Source of the DNA: Callorhinchus milii
Taxonomy: Eukaryota
Direction of reading: 5' to 3'
NCBI RefSeq assembly: GCF_018977255.1
Contig: NW_024704742.1
Coordinates: 7,256,001 to 7,320,000, forward strand
DNA length: 64,000 bases
The number at the start of each line of letters is the position of its first letter. The first letter of the stretch is position 1. Below, piece by piece: positions 53,720 to 62,719 of the stretch. Position numbers and translations under genes: made by a program. The notes below the pieces were generated by a model. The model made no database searches. It was not told the DNA's origin and saw nothing but the letters and a program-made list of their open reading frames with translations.

Positions 53720-54045
53720 GTGGAGTCCTGTAGCTCAGTGGTTAGAGCACTCGCTTTGCAAGTGAGAGACCTGAGTTCAATTCCAGGCAGAGGGCGAAAC
53801 CTTGGGCAAGTTTCCTTACTCCACACAGAGCCTAATAATATTCCCTCCAAAACCCAAAACAATAATAAATTGGTCATTTTCAATCTACGACTGTTTGTGG
53901 GACATTGCTGTGCGCAATTGGCTGCCGCGTTCGCCCACAAATATACAGTCAATTCACTTTACAGTGTGTTCTGTGAAGCGCTTTGGGACGTCCTCTCGAC
54001 GTGAAAAGCGCTATATCAAATGCGAGGATTATTATTATTAGTAGT
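53720..54045 (+). mobile_element. Young tRNA-Ala-derived SINE, short subfamily (full length)
   Basis: Head tggagtcctgtagctcagtggttagagc (A box) ...ttgcaa... gagttcaattcc (B box), CORE-like ccttgggcaagtttcctta, Deu-like tgtttgtgggacattgctgtgcgcaattggctgccgcg, L2-type stem-loop tail, (ATT)n end. Confidence 0.92.
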
Positions 54046-54226
54046 AGTGTCATTCGCGTACGGCGAAGCGGAAGGAGGGACAACTCGGACGCACGCGGCG
54101 GCCCCGCCCGCCCCCCGCCCTACCCCGCCCTGTCTGCAGCAGAGCCCTTCCCCTCCTGACCCCTCCCCCTCCAGTGAAGGTGGGGGGGGGCACCTTCCAC
54201 ACACCTCCACACACAGGTGCAAGTTT

Positions 54227-54435
54227 CGCGGCGCACGCCGGGAATCGTAGTCCCTCCTCCCCCCCCCCACCACCACCACCACACCCACGACTACAGCTCC
54301 CAGAGCGCCCCGCGCGGTCAGCAGCCGGTCCTCGCGGTGCGTGTCGGGGGTTGTAGTCGTCAGGCGCCGGGGAGGAGCGAGAGGGCGGCGGCGGCGCGGG
54401 GCGGAGGAGGACTACAGGTCCCGGCGTGCAGCGCG
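54227..54435. promoter_or_regulatory. Four ZNF143/Staf (SBS, ACTACAnnTCCC; THAP11/HCFC1-associated) motifs in -,+,-,+ orientation
   Basis: 54227-54252(-) GACTACGATTCCCGGCGTGCGCCGCG; 54289-54314(+) GACTACAGCTCCCAGAGCGCCCCGCG; 54333-54358(-) GACTACAACCCCCGACACGCACCGCG; 54410-54435(+) GACTACAGGTCCCGGCGTGCAGCGCG. Confidence 0.8.
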
Positions 54436-54449
54436 CGCCGCTGGGGCGC

Positions 54450-54670
54450 TGGGTGGGGGGTTCGTGGTCAGCTGCGGGGCAGAGCCGGCGCTGCACTGAG
54501 CACCACCACCAGCCGCAGCACAACACAGGCAATGCGCGGCAGTAGCTGCGGGGCAGCAGCTGCGGGGCAGCGAGCGCACACAGGAGGGAGGTTGCATGGG
54601 GTTGTGAAGCAGAAGAACCCGCCAGACAGAGCCCCACAGCCACAGCCACATAGATAGCTATAGCTCTCAG
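54450..54670 (+). other. Candidate non-coding exon 1 of the ANKRD50-like gene
   Basis: Follows the promoter motifs and ends at CAG|GTACAG (intron starts 54671), where the CpG island stops. Start coordinate is a guess. Confidence 0.5.
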
Positions 54671-54756
54671 GTACAGAGAGGACTTTCTTTTTTTTGGGGG
54701 AGAGATACGATCAGCGTTGGAGAATGGACAGAAAGCAATGAGCCATATATATACAT

Positions 54757-55820
54757 ATAGAGAGAGAGAGAGAGGGAGGGAGGGAGGGATGAGGGGGGGA
54801 GAGAGAGAGAGAGAGAGATGAGGGAGGGATGAGGGAGGGAGGGAGAGATGAGGGAGGGAGGGAGGGAGAGAGGGATGAGGGAGGGAGAGAGAGAGAGAGA
54901 GAGAGATGAGGGAGGGAGGGAGAGATGAGGGAGGGAGGGAGGGAGAGGGATGAGGGAGGGAGGGAGGGAGGGAGAGAGGGATGAGGGAGGGAGGGAGAGA
55001 GGGATGAGGGAGGGAGAGAGAGATGAGGGAGGGAGGGAGAGAGGGATGAGGGAGGGAGGGAGAGAAAGCAGGAAGAGGATAACACAATAGTCTGAATGTG
55101 TGTGAGAGAGAGGGAGAGGGAGAGGTGGAAGAGGAAAAGCAACACAGAGAGAGAGAGAGGTGGAAGAGGATAACACAATGAGTCTGTGAATGTGGGAGAG
55201 GGGGAGAGAGCAGAAAGGAAAAGCAACACAGAGAAGGGGAGAGAGAGAGAGAGAGAGACAGAGAGTTGGGAGAGTCTTAAAGCCACAAACCTGAGAGAGA
55301 GAGAGAGAGTGAAAGAGCAGCTAAACAGAGAGAGAGAAAGAGAGAGAGAGAGCAATCAGCCCAGAGGAGAGAGAGAGAGAGAGTGTGTGAGAGAGAGAGA
55401 GGGAGTGTGTGAGAGAGGGAGTGTGAGAGGGAGAGAGGGAGTGTGAGAGGGAGGGAGAGTGAGAGAGAGAGGGAGTGTGAGAGCGACTGAGAGAGAGAGA
55501 GTGTGTGAGAGGGAGAGAGGGGGAGTGTGAGAGGGAGAGAGGGAGTGTGAGAGGGAGAGAGAGTGAGAGAGAGAGTGTGAGAGAGGGAGTGTGAGAGGGA
55601 GAGAGGGAGTGTGTGAGAGAGAGAGTGAGAGAGAGAGTGTGAGAGAGGGAGTGTGAGAGGGAGAGAGGGAGTGTGTGAGAGAGAGAGTGAGAGTGTGAGA
55701 GAGGGAGTGTGAGAGAGAGTGAGAGAGAGAGTGTGAGAGAGGGAGTGTGAGAGGGAGAGAGAGAGGAGGGCGATCAGAGCTGGGGAGAGAGATGGAGAGA
55801 TAGAGGGAGGAGAGGAGAGG
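54757..55820 (+). repeat. Purine-rich (GA/GAGG/GAGT) low-complexity tract
   Basis: About 1 kb of gagggaggga/gagagagtgt arrays. Confidence 0.95.
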
Positions 55821-55929
55821 TTTAGTTAAGGATAAGTTTCAGATTCTCATTTTATTTCAAAACAAAAGAAAAAATCTCCTCACATTTTCTTTTGAAGTGT
55901 TGAATTTTTTGGTCGCGATCCAACCTCTT

Positions 55930-56240
55930 GCACTCCCTCTCTCCTCTCCCCCCCACTCCCCTCCCCCCCCCCCCCCTCCCTCTCCCCCCTCTCCCCCCCC
56001 CCACCCCTCTCTCCTCTCCCCCCACTCCCCCCCCACCCTCTCCCCACCCTCTCTCTTCTACCCCCCACTCCCCACCTCTCCCCCCCTCCCACTCCCCCAC
56101 CTCTCTCCCCCCCCACTCCCTCTCTCCTCTCCCCCACTCCCTCTCTCCTCTCCCCCACTCCCCACCTCTCTCCTCTCCCCCCCCACTCCCTCTCTCCTCT
56201 CCCCCCCACTCCAACACACACTCCCCCTCTCTCTCTCGAC
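55930..56240 (+). repeat. C/T-rich low-complexity tract (ctcccccactcc)
   Basis: Direct reading. Confidence 0.95.
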
Positions 56241-56433
56241 TGCTAAGAGTCTGTGATGGTTAAGACCACCCATCCACCACTTTCCCCCCTTTCCCCCTTC
56301 ATCCACTCACTCCAAAGCCCAGATCCCAGGGGCTCAGTCAGACTCCTGCTCCCCCCCCTCCTCCAAACGGGACGAGGGGATTCCCCCCCTGTTCTGGGGA
56401 AGGAAGGAAGGAAGAGCATTTGATTCTGGATCC

Positions 56434-56825
56434 CTGTGTGTGTGTGGGGGGGGTGTGTGTGGGGGGTTTGTGTGTGTGTGGGAGTGGGGGTGTGTGTGGG
56501 GCAGTGGGGGGTGTGTGGGGGGGAGTGGGGGGTGTGTGTGTGGGGGTGTGTGTGGGGGCAGTGGGGGGTGTGTGGGGGGAGTGGGGTGTGTGTGTGTGTG
56601 GGGGGGGTGTGTGTGGGGGAGTGGGGGTGTGTGTGTGGGGGGGGTGTGGGGGGAGTGTGGGGAGTGGGGGGGTGTGTGTGGGGGTGTGTGTGGGGGTGTG
56701 TGGGGGGAGTGGGGGGTGAGTGGGGAGTGGGGTGTGTGTGTGGGGGGTGTGTGGGGTGTGTGTGTGGGGTGGGTGTGTGGGGAGTGGGGTGTGTGTGGGG
56801 AGTGGGGTGGGGGGGGAGGAGGAGG
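56434..56825 (+). repeat. G/T-rich low-complexity tract (gtgtgtggggggagtgggg), G-quadruplex-prone
   Basis: Many runs of 4 or more G separated by short GT/AGT linkers. Confidence 0.95.
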
Positions 56826-56912
56826 ATTTGGGGGTAAAGGACGTGAAGCCCCAGAGGTTGGTCCGGGCTGTGGCTGACCTGCTTGTGGATGGAGAGGACG
56901 AACAGTCTGAAA

Positions 56913-57192
56913 CCTCTCTCTCCCTCCTTCCCTCCCTCCCTCCCTCTATCCCTCTCCCTCTCTCTCACTCCCTCCCTCCCTCCCTCTCCCTCTCTATCTC
57001 TCTCCCTCCCCTTTCCCTCCCTCCCTCCCTATCTCTCTCTCCTCCCTCCCTCCCTCTCTCTCTCTCTCCCTCCCCCTTTCCCTCCCTCCCTCCCTATCTC
57101 TCTCTCTCTCTCTCCCTCCCTCCCTCTCTCTCTCTCTCTCTCTCGACCACACGAAGACACCGCTTTTTATTGTGTGTGTGTGTGTGTGTGTG
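56913..57192 (+). repeat. CT-rich tract followed by a (TG)n microsatellite
   Basis: Direct reading; immediately precedes the candidate acceptor. Confidence 0.95.
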
Positions 57193-57211
57193 TTCAGGTT
57201 TAAGAAGCCGA

Positions 57212-57430
57212 GTGCTGCTGCTGCTGCTGGTGTTGCTCCTGGTGTTGCTGCTGGTGTTGCTCCTGGTGCTGGTGCTGCTCCTGGTGTTGCTGCTGGTGCT
57301 GCTCCTGGTGCTGGTGCTCCTGGTGTTGCTGCTGGTGCTGCTCCTGGTGTTGCTCCTGGTGCTGGTGCTCCTGGTGTTGCTGCTGGTGCTGCTCCTGGTG
57401 CTGCTGGTGCTGCTGCTGGTGCTGATGGTC
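57212..57430 (+). repeat. GCT/GGT/GTT/CCT triplet minisatellite
   Basis: Repeated gctgctggtgttgctcctggt units. Confidence 0.9.
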
Positions 57431-57593
57431 GGGGCCCGTGCCGAGCCCTGGGCTGCCCCGGGGGTAGGTCCTGTCGAGGTGGGTTCGCTGGGAGACGGGA
57501 TCCGGATGGAGCTGCGGTGAGGATGCGGGTCGCGAAGAACGAGCTCAGGGCGAGGGTTGTGGGGGTCGCCTTCAGCTCCGGATCAAGAGAATA

Positions 57594-57917
57594 AGAGAAG
57601 AGAGAGAGAGAGAGAAGAGAAAGAAAAGAAAGAAAGAAAGAAAGAAAGAAGAGGACGAACGAAAGAAAGAACGAAAGAGAGAGAGAGAGAGAAAGAACGA
57701 AAGAGAGAGAGAGAAAGAAGGAAGAGAGAGAGAGAAAGAAGGAAGAGAGAGAGAGAGAGAAAGAAGGAAGAGAGAGAAAGAAGGAAGAGAGAGAAAGAAA
57801 GAAGAGAGAGAAAGAAAGAAGAGAGAGAAAGAAAGAGACAGGAGTGGATACAAATCTTGTTGGGAACTGAAACACCACCAGACAAGGAAGAGGGATATTT
57901 TTTGTATCTTTTTCTAT

Positions 57918-57954
<37 letters not shown>

Positions 57955-57955
57955 C
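57594..57955 (+). repeat. GA/GAAA tract and (TA)n microsatellite
   Basis: Direct reading. Confidence 0.9.
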
Positions 57956-58572
57956 TCCCACTCACTCACTCACACTCACACACTCACAGAAAACAGCTAC
58001 AATGGATGGATATTGCATCCCAGCCTCACTCGGTGAGATACATTTCATCTTGTGTCGAGATGGAGGAGAAAGAGAAGAAGGTGCGAAACACTGATCCGGA
58101 TTTCGCTGTCTTTTGTGTTACTCTGTGACTTAGTTGTTGGTGGTGGTGGAGGAGGAGGAGAAGAAGGAAGGAAGAAAGAAAGGAAGGAGAGAAAAAGAGC
58201 GAAAGAGTCAGCCAGCCAGCGAATGGGTCGGAGCTTACAGATGTTCTCCTGCGGGAAAGAGAGAGTGAGTGAGAGTAAGTAAGGGAAGAGAGAGAGAGAG
58301 AGAGAGAGTGAGTGAATAGATAGATAGAAGTGAGCAGTCAGGAATCTGCTCTGCTCTGGTGGGACTTTTCCTGGAGGAAGGAGAAACACACGTTTGATTC
58401 ACTCTCGCGTTGCTGTTTTTATCCTGGGATTTGTATTATTATCATTATTATTATTATCATAATTATTATTATCATCATCGAGTAATTGTCTGACTCCCTG
58501 TCCTGTCCTGTGGGCTGGCGTTTGCGGACAAGGAAACACACAGACAGACAGACAGACAGACAGACACACACC

Positions 58573-59030
58573 ATGTCTCAGAGTTTGTTGCAGGGGAAGA
58601 GGTTTTTCTGCAGGGAGTGGGTCTTCCACAAGCTCCAGCATTGCCTACAGGAGAAGAACAGCAGCAGCAGTAAAGCGCCCTCTAACTCCAACCCCAACCC
58701 CAGTGGGAAGAGCCCGGCCGGGGGTCTGGGGGGTGTCCTGATGATCGGGGGTCCGGGCAGCGGGAAGACCGCCCTGTGCAGCGAGTTGCTGTGGCCCACC
58801 TGCCCCCAGCTGGTCCAGCGGGGTCTCCAGCGCCAGGCGCTCGCCTATCACTTCTGCCAGGCTCACGACTCGGACACGCTGTGCGTCGGTAACTTCATCC
58901 GCAGCCTGGTCTCCCAGCTCCGGGCCAGCCACCTGCTGCAGGGCTACGAGGAGCGGCTCCGGGAGGCCGCCCTGCACAGCGCCCTACAACCCGGGGAGTG
59001 CGAGAGGAACCCCGCAGAGGCCTTCAAGAG
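58573..59030 (+). CDS. ANKRD50: First coding exon of ankyrin repeat domain-containing protein 50 (or an ANKRD50-like paralog); N-terminal P-loop NTPase region
   Basis: Translation [28 protein letters not shown]...[22 protein letters not shown]...[19 protein letters not shown]...[16 protein letters not shown] closely matches my recollection of vertebrate ANKRD50 ([24 protein letters not shown]...[17 protein letters not shown]...[13 protein letters not shown]). Walker A GGPGSGKT; Kozak cacaccATG; GC3-rich; ends at AG|GTATGG phase-2 donor (458 nt). Next exon not seen in the window. Confidence 0.93.
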
Positions 59031-59039
59031 GTATGGTTC

Positions 59040-59290
59040 ACAACCCGACACCCTAACCCAGTACCCACCCTAACCCAACTCCCACCCAATCACCACTCAA
59101 CCCAACTCCCATCCTAACCCAGCACTCACTCCCCAACCCAACTCCCAATCCAACTCCCCACCCTAACCCAATCCGAAAGCCCTAACACCCACAACTCTAA
59201 CCCCTAACCCCACAATCCAACACCCAATCTCAAATTCCCAATACCCAACCCTTTAACCCAACCCCATCCCTAACCACTAACCAACACCAG
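59040..59290 (+). repeat. Degenerate telomere-like CCCTAA/CCCAA tract just inside the intron after the coding exon
   Basis: Repeated ccctaaccc and cccaactccc units. Confidence 0.8.
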
Positions 59291-60009
59291 ATGTTTGCAA
59301 AACTATCTTTTTAAACAAAACAAATAAGAATCTTAAGTATATGCGTGTGCTTGACGCCGACTTGTAGCTGTTGCTGTGGTGATTTGCATGCAAAGCTTAT
59401 TACAAATCATATAGATAACAACAATTGCTCACATTGGAGATCTGTGATTTAAAAAATAAAATTTCTGGGAAATATTATTAATAATAATAATCCTTGCGTT
59501 TGCTATAGCACCTCAGCAAGTCTTTGAGACGTCTCAAAGCGCTTCACAGAACATGCTGTAAATTGACTGTGAACTGTTGCATCTGAAAGAGAAGTCTGGG
59601 TTTCTTGACAAGTTGATCTATCTTTCTCTTAAAAGAGCACATGTGAAGGAGTCTAAATTTGCAGTCTTTCTTATTAAGAAATCTGTGAGAGAGAGTGCCC
59701 TCTAGATAGTTGCGATCTCTACTCCAGCAGGAGATAGATAGTGTGTTGAAGTGGAGATCATCGTCAACCAGCCTCTGGTGATTTGCAAGGAGCCCCCATT
59801 TACATGATTCATGTTCCTTCTTCAAGAAGTCTAGTTAAGAACCCAAATTTCTATGTCATTACCCAAGTTGTTAGCCTGGTGCCTGTGCATTTACGATACT
59901 GTCCCATTTCCATCGGGGTTCTATGATATAATACATGATATAATATCATTCATTCTGTGCTGACTTGTATCTTGTACACCAAACTAAAAGCCATAGAGTA
60001 TTATACGTG

Positions 60010-60385
60010 CAGTCCTGTAGCTCAGTGGTTGGAGTACTCGTGAGAAGACCTGGGTTCGATTCCCGGGCAGGGCGAAACACTGGGCAAGTTTCCTTACTCC
60101 ACACGCCTCTGTTTACCTACCAGTAAGTTGAACCCAGTTATTAGTCGATTGGCAGATTGTTTTTCCTGGGGTAATAATCCCTTCAAAACAATAAATAAAT
60201 TTAAAATAATCATAATTTGGTCACTCAATCCCCGACTGTTTGTGGGACGCTGCTGTGTACAATTGGCTGCCGCCTTTCGCCCACAAACTGCACAAGTCAA
60301 TTCACTTTACATAATCTTCTGTAAAGCGCTTTGAGTTGTCTTGAGACCTGATAAGGCACTATATCAAATGCAAAGATTATTATTA
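60010..60385 (+). mobile_element. tRNA SINE, long subfamily
   Basis: Same consensus. Confidence 0.85.
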
Positions 60386-61074
60386 TACTGTCACTGAACT
60401 GCAGCAAGGATGTCCCACCTTCTAATATTTGTTGGGATTGGCTGAGTGGTTCGATTGGCAACTCAATCCAAATGGGTTTAAACAGTCTGGTTATTCCAAT
60501 CCCCTGTTTGGTTAATTTAATTGGCTATCTTTAGACATTTGTGAAGACTAGTACAGTACCAGGGTTGGGGGTTAGTTTACTGTTCTGGTAATTGTGAGCT
60601 TTATTTTGCTTTTGTGGAAGAAGAGCTTATTAACAATTGGCTGCCCAAAGTAAGGGACATTACTGCCTTGTCCTTCACCCAAACCTATGCTCTTCTGAAC
60701 AACACCATTGAATCTGGAACACTTACTTTGTGACACACCAGATGGCATGTCCTATGTCAAAGGTTCAGGCTGGGCTTCGAATTGACTTTTTACTAGTATG
60801 ACACGCTTCAAACACAGCTGGGAAAAGTTGCTGTCTGTCTATAAACTGTTGCATACTTTTTTAAGAGGATGAAATTCTAGCCAGCTTGCTAATGGACGCA
60901 GTATATGGTAACGGTGGCAGAAAATCATTGAAACAATTAGTCATCCCAGGATCCAAGTACCTTTCTAAGTATATTTCTCATTGGTTTGTCCGGCAAACCA
61001 CACAGTCACTTCACAGTATACCTCGTGAAGTGCTTTGAGACGTCCTTCTGACGTGAAAGGTGCTGTGTGAAATA

Positions 61075-61688
61075 CAGTGCAAGTCGCTTTACAGACCCCC
61101 CCCCCCCCACCAATTCATTCGGATTCTTACGTGTAATAAACATGCCAGTTATTCCGTCCAACAATCCAGTTAATCCGGACAAAATGCCGCGCTGGTCACT
61201 GCTGAATGCACTCGCTCGCGCCTTCTGTGTCTCGAGCGGCTCCAGGATGGAGATGGGAGGAGTCAAATTGTGATTGATTGACAGTGGACTCCAGCCATTC
61301 ACAAGCAGCTGGAGTTGGGCTGTCAATCAGTGAGGGGGGCGGGGGGGGGGGGGGGAGGTGGCGGATGGACGAGGAATAAACAAGGGAGGGAATGGGAGAA
61401 ATCAGATTGATTGATTGATTGATTGACAGCTGTGGCTGCTTGGGATTGACTGGGATGCCCAACCGTTCACAGTCGGCTCCCAGGCTGTCAATCACCTTGG
61501 AGCCACCGTGAATTGGTCCCCGTCCAATGGGAACGGACGGACGAGGGAGGGCGAAGGGAGGGAGGGAGGGAGGGAGGGAGGAGGCTCAGCCCCCGCTCAT
61601 CCGCTGGAACTTCGGGTTAACGTCGGCTGCCACTTAAGCCGGACAAAACGTCCAGCCCAAATGTGTCCGTCTTAACCGGCTTCCACTG
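61075..61688. mobile_element. Non-autonomous pogo/Tigger-like DNA transposon (MITE) inserted in a SINE tail
   Basis: Left end TA|CAGTGCAAGTCGCTTTACAGAC; right end reverse complement CAGTGGAAGCCGGTTAAGACGGAC (degenerate TIRs starting CAGTG); internal direct repeat ttaa(t/g)ccggacaaaa. Flanks rejoin a SINE tail (aaaggtgctgtgtgaaata | tgtaaaggattatta). Confidence 0.6.
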
Positions 61689-61707
61689 TGTAAAGGATTA
61701 TTACCGA

Positions 61708-61912
61708 TCAGAAATGAAAACAGTAGTGGCTGAGAGCGCTCAGCAGGTCAGGCAGCATCTATGGAGAGAGGAAAGTGAGTTAACGTTTCGGGTCGATGAC
61801 CGTTCGTCAGAACTGGGGGATGTTGGAGGGGAGTGCTTGCTGGTCCTTAGAATCTGTTTGGATTTCAGATTTCCCACCATCTGCAATATTTTGCCTTTTG
61901 TTTATTATTAGT
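61708..61912 (-). mobile_element. Penelope-like element terminal fragment (with an inverted piece)
   Basis: ctcagcaggtcaggcagcatct..ggagaga..gagttaacgtttcgggtcgatgac matches the recalled shark Penelope-like end; the continuation atttcagatttcc..catctgcaatattttgc occurs on the + strand at about 61861-61900. Confidence 0.6.
61778..61814 (-). ncRNA. Minimal type I hammerhead ribozyme motif (Penelope-associated)
   Basis: Minus strand reads AGTT-CTGACGA-ACGGTC ATC GACCC-GAAA-CG-TT-AACT: core CUGAnGA and GAAA, stem II GGTC/GACC, stem I AGTT/AACT, loop-less palindromic stem III (ACGT), predicted GUU cleavage triplet. Confidence 0.7.
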
Positions 61913-62719
61913 ATTCAGGTTGTGAGGATCTTGAGTAACTTTTTAATGCCCGAAGTGCACGTTCAGCTTCCCTGCCGTTTTACTCTCTCTCTCTCTCTCT
62001 CTCCCTTTTCACCTCCTCTTCTGAAGGCTTTCAAGGAATTATAGTTCGCAGAAGGTCACCTAGATATTATACTGACATGTGAACCTTAGAGCGAATGTTG
62101 GCAGGGCATTGAACCTCAGGACTCTGGCAGCAACCTGTTCTTGCCAATTTTGACACAATGCACCTTGAGCAAGCGCTCTGGGATGCTACCCTGAGTGAGG
62201 GGCGCTATGTAAATACAAGTTGTTGTTGTGATTGAATCAGTGAACCCAAGATGATCCTTCCCTAAAATGTCTTAATGAAGGGACGCTGAAGCTACTTGTA
62301 AGCTCTCTGCCACTGCTGGAATAAGCTAAGTTGGTTCAGACTAGCGATCCAACCTGGGCTCTTGCTGGTCCATGTTAGCCAGCTAGTCACTAATTAGATT
62401 TGCTAAGTTGTATGCGGAACTGTGCAGCTCTTAATTTGAAGCATGCAGCAAGTTTGTGTATGATATTGGATTTCTCCTTGCTGCCCACACTGGGATGATG
62501 CAACCCAGAGATTGATCTACTACTGCCTGACCAGAAATTGACATTGCATCCGTCGATCTTGAATTGAGCACCTTCCAGTCATGTGTCAAGCGTTAAATCA
62601 GTTGAAAGCTATTGGGGTAAAACAAAATCAGATGTGGGCATTCATATACTGGTTGTTATTGTCTAATTACTCTCATTTAGTCTTTTATACTTGTACTAGA
62701 AAAAGTATGTGCTGGAATA

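Larger units (their letters stand above)
54050..54670. promoter_or_regulatory. CpG-island promoter of the ANKRD50-like gene
   Basis: Abrupt GC/CpG-rich segment in an otherwise CpG-poor window; three GC boxes (CCCGCCC) at 54101-54130; four ZNF143-type motifs; lies about 4 kb upstream of the first coding exon. Confidence 0.85.
57198..58572 (+). other. Candidate long 5' UTR portion of exon 2 (acceptor (TG)n TTCAG|G at 57197)
   Basis: Pyrimidine tract plus (TG)n then ttcag at 57193-57197. I saw no clearly better acceptor between there and ATG 58573, but an internal donor-like CG|GTGAGA near 58033 could split it. Confidence 0.45.

Noticed and set aside
53720..53795. tRNA-Ala(TGC)-like sequences (also at 1712, 3141, 17119 and elsewhere)
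   Set aside because: They are SINE heads continuing into body and tail, not stand-alone tRNA genes.
54050..57969. Long ORFs (up to 345 aa) rich in S/L/P, G/V/C or E/R
   Set aside because: By-products of low-complexity tracts that lack stop codons; no domain content.
58573..59030. TANC1/TANC2 or NLR identity for the P-loop exon
   Set aside because: Motifs [16 protein letters not shown] and [13 protein letters not shown] fit ANKRD50 specifically.
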